From Nitrosopumilus sp. (GTDB taxonomy: Archaea > Thermoproteota > Nitrososphaeria > Nitrososphaerales > Nitrosopumilaceae): DNA of 64,000 bases. The notes beneath the pieces are model-generated. The model was not told the origin of the DNA, did not search any database, and was given only the letters and a program-made list of their open reading frames with translations. Location of the stretch: contig OZ244651.1 in the NCBI GenBank assembly GCA_965218695.1, forward strand, positions 1,088,001 to 1,152,000, read 5' to 3'. Of the stretch, positions 9,482 through 19,344 are shown piece by piece (the stretch's first letter is position 1; every line of letters begins with the position of its first letter). The position numbers and the translations under genes were made by a program.

Positions 9482-11628
9482 GTAAGAGGTCGCCTTTGCG
9501 AAGCGATTCCGTGCCTGATCTGCCCCGATTAATTACCAACTGAGCTACGTTTTCGGCCGTAAATGCCCATTTAATTGGCATTATTTCAGGTTTTTTCCGG
9601 GAGGGTCAGACTGAGCTACGTTTTGGCCGATCCGGTGATCGGGTTTGCGAAGTGGCCTTTTTTGAAGCGGCCGGGCGGTGAATTGTGCCGGGATCAGGCG
9701 AGGTTATGCCAGGCTGCCGGCGCGACGGGTCTGCATGGAACAGTCAGGGAGTGGATTTTGCAGGATTTATGCAGTTGCTGCTGCTCCTGTCGGAATTTTT
9801 TCGACAAGACCGTGCATATAGTCAACCAAAAAGTCATGCGGGTTGACTCCGCGCCTCCTGCACGTCTCGCGGACGGTGGCCAGGACGGCGTGGTTGTATG
9901 CGCCGGCAAGGCTCTTGCTGCCGCCTGAGACCTTCCGGGATGCGACGCTGGGCCGCAGGGGGCGCTCGGCATCGTTGTTATGGCACTTTGTGTTGAGGCG
10001 GATGAATGGGAACAGGTGGGTGATCTCGCGCCGCAGCCGCTTGACAAACCGCTTGCAGTGGGCGTCTGTATACTCGCCGGAGATCAGGCGCCTCACCCTG
10101 GCCAATAGGTTGCGCACCTTGAGGTTTCGCGTGGCCTCGTCGTCGTCCGGGTCGAGTCCCTTCTCCGGGAACCAGGAATCGGTGATTATCCCCTTCAGGG
10201 CCTTGGCGAACTTTTTGAATTCGGGCCCGGGGTTCTTCATGGTCAGGGTGCGGAGGATCTCGCGGAGGTAGTGGTAGTGGCACTTTTGGTGGGTCCTGCC
10301 GATGCGGTTCCACGCAGCGTGTGAATCAGAGGTGACGTGGCCGCCGTACCCTCCAAGCAGGGTCTCCAGCACGTCTCCTCCCCGGCTCTTGTCCACGTAA
10401 AAGACAGTCGAGTTGTCACCGACTAGTATCCACAGCCAGTACAGTATCCCGGCTACCCTCCAGCTGGTCTCGTCGCCAAAGACATGCCCTGAGAAGAATA
10501 TATCCTCGAGCATCTCCTCGTAGAGCGGGTGGAGGGATCCCGTAACGGCATCCACGTGGCTGATGACTGTCGACTTGGCAAGGCCTGCGTGGTAGATTAT
10601 GTTGATCAGCTTGCGGATGGGTTCGTAGGGAATGTTGTACATCCTCATCGTCGTCTCAAGGCACGTCAGGCTGGCGCCGAACCGCCCCCCTGGGACGACC
10701 CCTGGGATCTCGGGGGCAAACTGCCTGCCGCATTCCCCGCAGTACCTGCGGACGACGGTATACTGGATGCCGGTCAGCTTCCCGTCGATGATCTCCTCGA
10801 CTACCCGGATGGTCACCTCGGTGGGCTCCTTCGAGAGGGCATGGCCGTGCGGGCAGGCGGGCATGTCGACTAGCTTTTTTTCGGATATCGGGGGAGGATC
10901 ACGGCCGGTGCGCAGGCAGACGACCTTCCTGAACGGGTCCGGCGCAGGCCCTGGTGATTCCCGGAGCCGCTTCTGGGAGCGGCGGCTTTTGATGCCCAGA
11001 TTCTCGGCTGCCAGCGCCGAGTTGGCCGCGCGCGCCTCCCTTAACTGAGAGGCATGCTCTGATGCCTGCCGTTCCAGGCGGGCTATCCTGTCCATGACTG
11101 CCTGCGAGACGTCGCATCCCTGCAGGAGGGCGGCATTCTCTGCCCTCAGTTTCTCTATCTCGGAGTCCTTTTGCACATTCTCTTCTTCCAGCAGTTTGAT
11201 CCTGGCATCCATCTCCGTCAGCATCGCGTGTTCCCCTGAGAAGGCCTCTGCCTCCTCCTTCAGCTGCTCGATGTCTTTTCTCAGTGCCATGCTCTCCTCG
11301 TCCTTGGATTTGAGCATGTCCAAGACGGATTCGAAGAGGGACTTGGTGTCGGTTACGGAGTTCCAGTCAATCTTTTCCAAGTCGATTACAGGCACCACGC
11401 CATAACACGGGAAGGCATGATCCATAAAGCTTTTGGGCACGCAGCGCCTGCCGGAAAATGCGGCGCAAAAGATCCAACCGGAAGAGCCTTGATCCGAAAA
11501 CCGCCCTGCCTGAGGACCGTGTTGATAACGTGCAATTAATCGGGTATTTATGGTCAAAAACGTAGCTCAGTTGGTAATTAATCGGAACAGATCAGGCACG
11601 GAATCGCTTCGCAAAGGCGACCTCTTAC
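9482..11628 (-). mobile_element. IS66-family element with unusually long TIRs
   Basis: About 72-bp near-perfect TIRs starting GTAAGAGGTCGCC (2 mismatches); no TSD. Confidence 0.92.
9767..11425 (-). CDS. IS66 transposase (ORF track start 11557 lies in the TIR; true start uncertain)
   Basis: Long coiled coil, CPH..CGEC, GDETSW, SD, QKCHYH, NNDAERPLR. Confidence 0.9.
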   Translation of the reverse strand: MDHAFPCYGVVPVIDLEKIDWNSVTDTKSLFESVLDMLKSKDEESMALRKDIEQLKEEAEAFSGEHAMLTEMDARIKLLEEENVQKDSEIEKLRAENAALLQGCDVSQAVMDRIARLERQASEHASQLREARAANSALAAENLGIKSRRSQKRLRESPGPAPDPFRKVVCLRTGRDPPPISEKKLVDMPACPHGHALSKEPTEVTIRVVEEIIDGKLTGIQYTVVRRYCGECGRQFAPEIPGVVPGGRFGASLTCLETTMRMYNIPYEPIRKLINIIYHAGLAKSTVISHVDAVTGSLHPLYEEMLEDIFFSGHVFGDETSWRVAGILYWLWILVGDNSTVFYVDKSRGGDVLETLLGGYGGHVTSDSHAAWNRIGRTHQKCHYHYLREILRTLTMKNPGPEFKKFAKALKGIITDSWFPEKGLDPDDDEATRNLKVRNLLARVRRLISGEYTDAHCKRFVKRLRREITHLFPFIRLNTKCHNNDAERPLRPSVASRKVSGGSKSLAGAYNHAVLATVRETCRRRGVNPHDFLVDYMHGLVEKIPTGAAATA

Positions 11629-11629
11629 C

Positions 11630-12523
11630 ATACAGGACACTGTAGGCCTTGATGCGGATCTTCTGGGGCAGGAAGCATCACCGAAAAACTTCCAGGCAAC
11701 CACCGCAGAACGCCTGCGGGTATTGGCAGGTGACGGCGACTCTAGCAAGGTGACAGACGCACTTGAGCACGAATCCGATCTGATGCCAACAGCCTCCTCC
11801 CCGTTCAACGAAATCAGCCGCCACATCAGGAAGACCGGGATTATGAGAATGGAAGAGTTTCCCATGGGCAGGAGGGCCGGAAAGGTGGGCGAGGGAAGGA
11901 AAATTGTCTTGGCATACGTGCGGGAAGGGCCGCGACGGGCGTTTTATGCCGTCATATTCGACTATTCTACCAAAACGGCCGAGGTGGCAGACGACATGGA
12001 GGCAATCAGGATTGTAAGGTGCGGGGAAGACGAAGAACCGTACCTTCCCATGGACTCCGTCAACGGGAGAGAGTCTTTTGGGAGGCTGATGGAGATAGAC
12101 GGGATCGCGCGCGAGGCTATCGGCAGGCGCAACAGCGAGGACGAAAAGATGGCCGCCAAGCTCCGCTCAAAGCCCAAGAAGAGCGAGAGGACGATAGAGC
12201 ATTTCCGCGAGGTGATGGATGGGGCGATCGACGACGGAAACCTTACGGAGCATGATGCAGAAGAGGCCGATTCCATATTGGATTCTGCGGACCTGCGGCA
12301 ATGGGGTGACTACATCGAGAGGCTGCTTGACGAGTGCGATACAGGATCGGATGTGCGGAGAGCCATAAACGAGTTGAAGAAGATCGGCAAGGAGATGGCG
12401 GCAAGGGACAAGGAAGATGCGCGTGCGACGACGGATCCCGGCAGACTGATTCTGGTCGGCGCGCTCTTTGTCACGGCATCCGACGAGGCGCGAACCGATC
12501 TGGAACAGTTCGAACAGTTCTAA
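11630..12523 (+). pseudogene. 5'-truncated C-terminal part of a large protein, probably SNF2-type helicase associated
   Basis: Frame is open from the IS66 end with no start (IQDTVGLDADLLGQE...). Resemblance to helicase C-termini is from memory only. Confidence 0.45.
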
Positions 12524-12636
12524 TTTGGAATTTTTATGGGCAGTCAATACCTGCATGACAATACACACCAAAAGATACCCGAGACTGACGTTGCCTACAG
12601 ACCAACAGTCTTATTTTACAAAATCCTAGGCCGGGC

Positions 12637-13311
12637 ATGGATGATCCGGATAACAGGATGCTCAGGTTTGAAGAATACTACAGGTATTTGGAATGGCCAT
12701 TCAACGAGATCACTAGAATAATCCCCTTGGAAAACCACCCAGACACGTTTTCGCCTCGTCTGTATGAAATCCTGCAAAGTACATGCAGTCAGGTTGAGGG
12801 AATCGTGAGAATCATGCATGAGGCGTGCTTTTCTAAAAGCGACAAGGTCGCCGCTGCCCTGTATGCCGATCTGGATCATGAAGGTGTGCTGAGTAACCAG
12901 AAAGTGGCCTTTAGGACGCGTACGGAATGGAATGCGATAAAGCCATTTTCGTGCGACTTTGCATGCATTCACCACTATGGGCATGACGATCCTCACATGA
13001 ATCCCCGTTGTGGAAAAATGCCGAAATGGTGGACGGCATACAATGATTCAAAACATCGCCTGCCGGATGGATACGTATCCGGTAGTGTGGGGAATGCCTA
13101 CCTTGCATTGGCAGGTTTGTATGTACTGCATGTCATGATGTACCAACTCCCGAGGAATCCGGATGGCTTCCTAAGGAAAGATTCTTGGAAGATGCGTACG
13201 ATGCCTGTAGTCCATGATGGGCACAGGAACACATTTCATGAATGGGGGGTGCTGGAACCAAGGTCGGACATGTTTTTGTCGTTGGGCATGCTTGTTCCAA
13301 AACAAATCTAA
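12637..13311 (+). CDS. Hypothetical protein, possible HEPN-like RNase
   Basis: 224-aa ORF with TFSPRLYEILQSTCSQVE and WWTAYNDSKH (NxxKH) motifs. Confidence 0.6.
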   Translation: MDDPDNRMLRFEEYYRYLEWPFNEITRIIPLENHPDTFSPRLYEILQSTCSQVEGIVRIMHEACFSKSDKVAAALYADLDHEGVLSNQKVAFRTRTEWNAIKPFSCDFACIHHYGHDDPHMNPRCGKMPKWWTAYNDSKHRLPDGYVSGSVGNAYLALAGLYVLHVMMYQLPRNPDGFLRKDSWKMRTMPVVHDGHRNTFHEWGVLEPRSDMFLSLGMLVPKQI

Positions 13312-13617
13312 ACCCGCTATTGCAGTATGCTTGAAGATATCAGCGGTGTCATGCGGCTTGATCTACTGATTCTGTAGGGTGCTTCATTTGTATGCCCGCC
13401 TCATGATTCATGGTTATGTTGATGATTGTCCTAGTTGGGTCGCCTCTACTCGCCTCTACTCGCTCCGGCGATAATCAGTCAAGTGGTGTAGTCGGTCAAG
13501 TTGTTGTTGACGGTTTTTTGGTGTGTCCGTGTGTCTTGTGGCGGCGTCCGGGTAACGGTTCGTCCCCCTAGATTGTTGCCCCTTTGAATCATTGCCCCTT
13601 CAAGACATGAAGTAATA

Positions 13618-13742
13618 TCGGCGAAGCCGAATTGATATAGAACCGCCGATGGCGGTTCGTGTATAGAATTCCGTTACGGAATTCTTGTATCGTCGAATCC
13701 AATGGATTCGACATGGATAGAACCCCGTTACGGGGTTCTTGT
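13618..13742. repeat. Array of five phased hairpins with 3-nt loops
   Basis: TCGGC-GAA-GCCGA; GAACCGCC-GAT-GGCGGTTC; AGAATTCCG-TTA-CGGAATTCT; GTCGAATCC-AAT-GGATTCGAC; AGAACCCCG-TTA-CGGGGTTCT. Loop centres 13624, 13649, 13675, 13702, 13729. Confidence 0.9.
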
Positions 13743-14362
13743 GAACATGATTAGCCCCCTCTCTCTTGTCCATGTCATGTCATGTCGTCGTGATATCGTC
13801 CAGTGTTGATACTGCTGATGGTATCATCGTTAACCGCCGGAGCCTAAGGGCGGAGGCGGTCTTACGTTGCCGGCGTCTGCCAATTAAAACTCGAGTGGTG
13901 GGTGGGTATTCCCTGAATGGGATTCTGGAAATGGGACGTTTGGGAGCCTCACTGGGGTTCCTCAGTTGTGAAGAGGCTGTTTCCTACCTTCCATCCCTCC
14001 ACTGCCCCATAGTTCCGGTTTGTTCTGACCAATTCATCCCTTCGGAGCCAATAGGGTCAGACCTATACTGTTCCACCATGAACCAATCAACCGTACCATC
14101 GTAGAATTCGGAAGCCGTTCCACCATAGAACCAATCCACCATACAAACAGGGCACAACGTCAGGATACAACTCCAACAGAGTCGATCATGATACTACTAC
14201 ATACCCCCGCCCGCTTGTTAGGCTGTCACCAGGTCTTATCCATCTGGACTTTCAAAGACCGGGTCCGAGGGATCTAGCTTGGTTGATCCTTCGGGGCTTC
14301 AGACTTTGGGAATTGGTCTAATTGATGTCTTCAATAATGTAAAGTCGTAAACACGTCAAGTC

Positions 14363-14446
14363 CCCCTACCTTCCAAGACATGAACGAGTCCCCTACCTTC
14401 CAAGACATGAACGAGTCCCCTACCTTCCAAGACATGAACGAGTCCC
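14363..14446 (+). repeat. 27-bp tandem repeat x3 (iteron-like)
   Basis: CCCCTACCTTCCAAGACATGAACGAGT, three perfect copies. Confidence 0.95.
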
Positions 14447-14848
14447 ATGGATATATGTCAAGTTTAAGACCAGTCAAGCCAGTTGGAAGTCGGTTATGAC
14501 AGTGGATGAAGCCAAAGGGAGGGTCAAGCTAGGCCATGTGGGAAAACCCCTTAGACCAAGTCCAAAGATGCCAAAACGTTGCCAAAACATGTCTGAGACA
14601 ACGTGATCTACAGAGAATGAACCAGAGGCCAGACTTTCCGTGTGGGGTGTCAGCCGCGTATGGTAACGCCACCAAGAGACCAAACCCGAACCGTGTGAGC
14701 CGGGGATTCTACCGTGGGACAAAAGCCGAGTAATCACCACTGACTGAAGACTGGTCTCCCTGTAGACGTATGGGCGGGCGAGAGGGGACCAGAAGGTATC
14801 CGGTTCATCCTGGGACAACGTGAATGATTATGTCGGTACGGCGATCAC

Positions 14849-15040
14849 ATGACAACCAATGGCGGACAGAACCGGGGACGTCATTCCGGATGGGCTGGAA
14901 GAATTGACTGTCGGTACTGGGTAAACGGAACAGACTTCTGGACTGTGTATTGGTCAGATGCCGAGGGGTTCGAGTATTGGCCGGAACCAGACGTGCTGGT
15001 AATGCTGGAAATGATGGACGCTTTTGCCATGACAAAATAA
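14849..15040 (+). CDS. Small hypothetical protein
   Basis: 63-aa Trp/Tyr-rich ORF with ATG start; no known motif. Confidence 0.3.
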   Translation: MTTNGGQNRGRHSGWAGRIDCRYWVNGTDFWTVYWSDAEGFEYWPEPDVLVMLEMMDAFAMTK

Positions 15041-15155
15041 CGGAGGACTGGGAAATCTGACTGCCAAAAGCTGAGAAACTGGGGGAAATGGGTAAAATAG
15101 TATATTGCGAATCAGGTATTTGTGACATAGGTAGCATAGGTAGCATCGGAAGACG

Positions 15156-16229
15156 TGTATTATACGGAAATTATGTCCGCTAGTCATTGGTATCCTCCTC
15201 CATCCAATTTGGATTCTCATTTCTGATCTCCTCGGTCGCCTTTTTGGTGTGGAATGCCATGAGTGGAGTCTCGCGGTTGGCAATGTCCAGCGAAAAGTGC
15301 AGGCGACTCTCGTTATAATATTCGATGTACTCTGCCAAGCTCCTGCGGTGACATATCTCATCTTCAAGCGTCCTGTGAAACCGCTCAAGCTTGCCGTTGG
15401 TCTGGGGGTGGTACGGTCTGGAGTTTATCAGCCCTATGCTCAGGTCCAGCAGCTCTGCCTCAAAGATGGTGGGCTGCCATGATCCGGAAGGTGCTTTCAT
15501 TCTCTTGCCGTCCTTCCCCTTCACGTACCTGCCTGCAGCGCCCACAAAGCATGAGCCGTTATCTGACAGGATGGTGGCAGGAACGCCGAACTGCCTTACT
15601 GCGTCCCGGAGAACCTTCACAACGTTCTCAGACGTGGCCTCAGTAAACAGACCCACCCCGGTCACGCATCTTGACGCGTCGTCCAGAAAGGTCACCAGAT
15701 TGAGCTCTTTCATGCGTGGATCCTTCATGACATGCCAGTCCGTGTGCCACATGGAGTTGGAATGCCTTCGTTCGTAGCGAACCCACTTCCGTTTTTTGGA
15801 CTTTGCCACAGACGAAACCACCAGGCCGTTCTCCTTCATTATCCGGTATACCCTTTGGTAACTTATATCATGATTCACCTGCAGGTTCATGGCAGTGCGC
15901 AGCACGCCTTGCGGTTCCCGTCTACATTCAGCCAGCACAAGTCGTACTTCCTCCGGGGATGGTGGCCGTGCAGGCCTGCCGGGGCGCTGCGGGACGTGCG
16001 GAGTGCCAGCAGCACGAAATACAGTCCACAGCCTGCGGACGTGTCTTGGCGTCACGCCGATCTCCGCTGCCACTTCCGTCGCGCCTCTGCCCTTGTCAAG
16101 CTGTGTCATCGCGTACCTGATGGACTTTGCTGTCAACCGTTTTACCATCGTTTTTCTTGATCGATAAAGGGCAAAGTAATCCTTTACGTAACGCTTAATC
16201 TTAGGCGGACCTAATTTTCGTACAACAGA
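15156..16229 (-). mobile_element. IS481-family element
   Basis: Imperfect TIRs; flanking direct repeat AGCATCGGAAGACG (15142-15155, 16231-16244). Confidence 0.85.
15180..16148 (-). CDS. IS481 transposase (rve core)
   Basis: WHTD, LDDASR, SDNG, PYHPQTNGKLERFH, YNESRLH; start taken at MVKRLT inside the TIRs. Confidence 0.93.
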   Translation of the reverse strand: MVKRLTAKSIRYAMTQLDKGRGATEVAAEIGVTPRHVRRLWTVFRAAGTPHVPQRPGRPARPPSPEEVRLVLAECRREPQGVLRTAMNLQVNHDISYQRVYRIMKENGLVVSSVAKSKKRKWVRYERRHSNSMWHTDWHVMKDPRMKELNLVTFLDDASRCVTGVGLFTEATSENVVKVLRDAVRQFGVPATILSDNGSCFVGAAGRYVKGKDGKRMKAPSGSWQPTIFEAELLDLSIGLINSRPYHPQTNGKLERFHRTLEDEICHRRSLAEYIEYYNESRLHFSLDIANRETPLMAFHTKKATEEIRNENPNWMEEDTND

Positions 16230-16280
16230 GAGCATCGGAAGACGCACAATGTTCTTAAACTCTGAACAGGAACACGCGGC

Positions 16281-17054
16281 ATGGAAGAGACAACGTGGAT
16301 AATGACAGCATTGCAGGTCAAATCGACCATATACGTTGGCATACCGAAGAAGGCTGCAAAGCAGATGGGTATTGAAAAGGGATCAAAGGTGCACGTGAGG
16401 ATGGATGAAGACGGGTTGTACATGGACAAGCAGGAAAATATGGAAACGATCAAGGCAAGAATCCGGGAGCAGTTGAAAAAGGAGATGGAAAAGGACGAAA
16501 GGATACGGGATCTGGAAAAGATAGGCTACATGAGAAACAGGGACGAGAAGCGGCGGTGGAACGACATGCTGGCAGAGGCGGCGGTGCTGATGGAGAAGAA
16601 GAACAGGACAAAACAGGAAGACGAAAGGCTCAAAGACCTTAACGACGAGCTAACCAAGGACATGGAAAGGGTGGAAGATTTGGGAGAGATGATGACCAAG
16701 CACAACTTGGTGCTGGCAGAAGCTAGGCGGCGGACGGGAAAGGCACAAGAGACGATTACGCCGAAACCGCAGGCAATGCAAGAGACGATCAAGCCGAAGC
16801 TGCAGGCTATGCCTGCGGGTACCATAATGCCAGAAATGGAAGACGGCCCCGCGTGGCAGCGGCCGGTCAAGATCAAGGGGAACCAGACGCGGATGGATGC
16901 GATACTGGACGAGTCGTGTGGATTGTCAGACAAAATGTACACGATTGGCAGGAAGACCCCGATAACGGAATACGAGAAAAAAAGACATGCGTGGTTGCTG
17001 GAACAACTGGATATAGAGGACGGGAAAGAAAAGGCTAGAAGAGGGTTCCTCTGA
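16281..17054 (+). CDS. AbrB/SpoVT-like N-terminal domain plus coiled-coil protein
   Basis: STIYVGIPKKAAKQMGIEKGSKVHV pattern followed by E/K/R-rich helix. Confidence 0.7.
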   Translation: MEETTWIMTALQVKSTIYVGIPKKAAKQMGIEKGSKVHVRMDEDGLYMDKQENMETIKARIREQLKKEMEKDERIRDLEKIGYMRNRDEKRRWNDMLAEAAVLMEKKNRTKQEDERLKDLNDELTKDMERVEDLGEMMTKHNLVLAEARRRTGKAQETITPKPQAMQETIKPKLQAMPAGTIMPEMEDGPAWQRPVKIKGNQTRMDAILDESCGLSDKMYTIGRKTPITEYEKKRHAWLLEQLDIEDGKEKARRGFL

Positions 17055-17197
17055 ATTCCATTTTTTTGCCAATATGTCGCGGCGACAGGCCGCGCGCGTG
17101 ACGGGATCTGCATAAAATCTGTTCCGGGTAGGTCGTCATCCACAGGAATGCGTGGCAATAACATGTGAATTCAGGTTACGTTTTCAGCAAGGCGTAC

Positions 17198-18844
17198 TCA
17201 GTCTGATCTGGACGGCAGGTCGTGGCCATCTGACCAGTCGTCTTCTGTCTCGTCCAGCGCGGTCCTGATCTCGTACTCGGACGGCGCGTCTGACTTTGCG
17301 CCGCTTTTCAGGTGTTCTATCGTCTTTTTGAGGTCGTTTATCTGCCTGTTCTTTGAGGCCCTGACCTCTTCCATGTTCGTCTCGTAGTGTTCCTTCAGGC
17401 TTTCCAGCAGCGCTGCCAGTTTGCCGATGTCCTCCTTGACGGCCTGTCTCACGTCCCTCTCGGAGTCCCTGATGCGGCTTTCCATGTCAAGGGCAGACGC
17501 GGTCAGTTTTTCCATTCGGGCTACCTTTTCCTCGAGCAGCCGTACCCTGTCGTCTTTTTTGCCTGCCATGCTTGCGGACTTTTCCATCCTGGCCACCTTG
17601 GCCTCTAACAGCGTTATCTCGTCGTCCTTCCCGTCCCTGTGCCCGGATTTTTCCATCCCGATTACCTTTTCTTCAAGCTGCCTTATGCGGGCGTCCTTGT
17701 CAGACTCGAGCTTTTGGATGTTCTCGGACATGCGCTTGGTGGACTGCTTGAGTCTGGGAATATCGCTTATCGTCAGGTCCGGCACTATTGCCACGTACTC
17801 GCGCGCAAGCTCCAGCGCGGTGGTCTTGAAGTAGTTTTTGTCAAGCGGCACCAGCCCCCTGTGGCCCATCATGAACTCCTTTTTTATCAGAGACGCCAAC
17901 GGCGAGTCCTGGGACAGCGCCTCCTTGCACGTCTTGTTCCAGAATCGGCGGAACCCGTTCATGAGCGGGACATCGAACCTCCTTGCCTGTTTTGCCCTGC
18001 CCCCGCGCAGCCCGGCACGCGCCGCCGTCTTGTCGAGCAGCTGCCCGAGGACCTTGTATGACGCCCTTTTGGGCGGGCCCTTCTTGATCAGGAACACCGG
18101 ATCCTTCGGGTCCGGCATGCGCCCCATCCTCTCGGCCCACGCGCGGCCGTACTCCCGCAGGGCGTCGTACGCCTCCGGCGTTATGAACGTGACGTAGCTC
18201 TCAGCCGACCCCCGGTACACCTCCAGCATGGCGCACGCGATATCGTGGCCTTCTGCCCCCGGATCCAGCAGGAGCCTGTCGCCTGCACGGTACACGGGAG
18301 TTAAGTCGCGCCACTCCATGTCCAGCCCTCCTGCCCGCATGCCGGAGCTTGCCAGAACCAGCACCACGGCCCGCTCCATGCTGTCGCGCGAGTGCGTGAC
18401 CATCGCGCCGATCTCCTCCCTGGTCCATCCGCGCGATGCGGCCACGTTGTCAAGCTCGGGGTACGTGGCGTAGATCCTCTTCCACGGGATCGCCACGTCT
18501 GTCATGTCGAAGAGTTTCTTGACCGGCTTGAAGTAGTTGGCAAACGACGCCGGGTTGAGGTAGTCCGGGTCGTCGTGCTCAAGGACGGTCCTCTCCCGGA
18601 TCTTCCTGGACAGGTTCAGCAGCAGGTCGCGCGTCCACTCCGGCTCCTCCCTGCCGTGCCGGACCAGCTGCACCACGCGCTCCTCGAAGGTCCCCTCGAG
18701 TATCTCCTCGAGGAACTCGCACACTATCTTGCGCAGCGTCCTGGTATACTTTTCCCGCGTTGCCTCGGTCCTTATGCCCTGCGTGAACAGGTCCAGCGGA
18801 TTCGCGTCCCCCGTCCTGACGATCTCGTCTTTTGCCAACTTCAT
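17198..18844 (-). CDS. Tyrosine recombinase/integrase with C-terminal coiled-coil repeats
   Basis: SSGMRAGGL (catalytic R), NGFRRF, MMGH, YF motifs; starts 45 bp downstream of tRNA-Lys. Confidence 0.88.
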   Translation of the reverse strand: MKLAKDEIVRTGDANPLDLFTQGIRTEATREKYTRTLRKIVCEFLEEILEGTFEERVVQLVRHGREEPEWTRDLLLNLSRKIRERTVLEHDDPDYLNPASFANYFKPVKKLFDMTDVAIPWKRIYATYPELDNVAASRGWTREEIGAMVTHSRDSMERAVVLVLASSGMRAGGLDMEWRDLTPVYRAGDRLLLDPGAEGHDIACAMLEVYRGSAESYVTFITPEAYDALREYGRAWAERMGRMPDPKDPVFLIKKGPPKRASYKVLGQLLDKTAARAGLRGGRAKQARRFDVPLMNGFRRFWNKTCKEALSQDSPLASLIKKEFMMGHRGLVPLDKNYFKTTALELAREYVAIVPDLTISDIPRLKQSTKRMSENIQKLESDKDARIRQLEEKVIGMEKSGHRDGKDDEITLLEAKVARMEKSASMAGKKDDRVRLLEEKVARMEKLTASALDMESRIRDSERDVRQAVKEDIGKLAALLESLKEHYETNMEEVRASKNRQINDLKKTIEHLKSGAKSDAPSEYEIRTALDETEDDWSDGHDLPSRSD

Positions 18845-18888
18845 GCATTCATATGCGTGTGGAACCTATAAAAGCATCGTTAATAACG

Positions 18889-18962
18889 CGGGTCTAAAGG
18901 GATTCGAACCCTTGACAGCCGGATTAAAAGTCCGGTGCGCTACCTGGCTGCGCCATAGACCC
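18889..18962 (-). tRNA. tRNA-Lys(TTT)
   Basis: GGGTCTA/TAGACCC acceptor stem, CCGGA-CTTTTAA-TCCGG anticodon arm, TTCGAAT T-loop. Confidence 0.95.
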
Positions 18963-18997
18963 CAGCCTCAAATGTCTGGTGCGTATAATTTAGTCCT

Positions 18998-19129
18998 TTA
19001 CCAGATCTTGGTACGTCTCGACTCGTCGTGCAATTTCTCCCACTCGAACGCACACGAGATCTGCATGTCTCGCCATGCATCAGTCCTGTCTATACGCCTG
19101 TTGCCTTGTGTGCGTGGAATTGATTCCAT
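18998..19129 (-). CDS. Small hypothetical protein
   Basis: 43-aa ORF (DAWRDMQISCAFEWEKLH) upstream of tRNA-Lys. Confidence 0.3.
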   Translation of the reverse strand: MESIPRTQGNRRIDRTDAWRDMQISCAFEWEKLHDESRRTKIW

Positions 19130-19344
19130 GTTGTTATTGTGAATCGGGGGTGTTGCCCAAACCTGAGATCTTGAGGGATCAATCGGTCTGTTTTGTTCGT
19201 TGCACAAAGTCATTTTGGTTTACAGGTCATCATCATCATCATCATCATCATCATCGGCTGGTCATTAAGCGCGGTGTGGTTTCTTGACCCGAATGTGGAC
19301 AACACCATGTGCAGATGCGTACGCACGGCGTAACCAGAACACGT

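Noticed and set aside
14260-14274. CGGGTCCGAGGGATC as att copy of the tRNA-Lys 3' end
   Set aside because: Only loosely resembles CGGGTCTAAAGGGATTC; too short and mismatched.
13618-14446. CRISPR array interpretation of the hairpin and 27-bp repeats
   Set aside because: No unique spacers between identical repeats and no cas genes in the window.
19149-19306. Possible MITE (GGTGTTGCCCA...GTGGACAACACC) enclosing a (CAT)9 microsatellite
   Set aside because: The right end resembles the IS5-like TIR, but the left end is weak and there is no TSD. The His-run ORF 19075-19287 is likely a microsatellite by-product.
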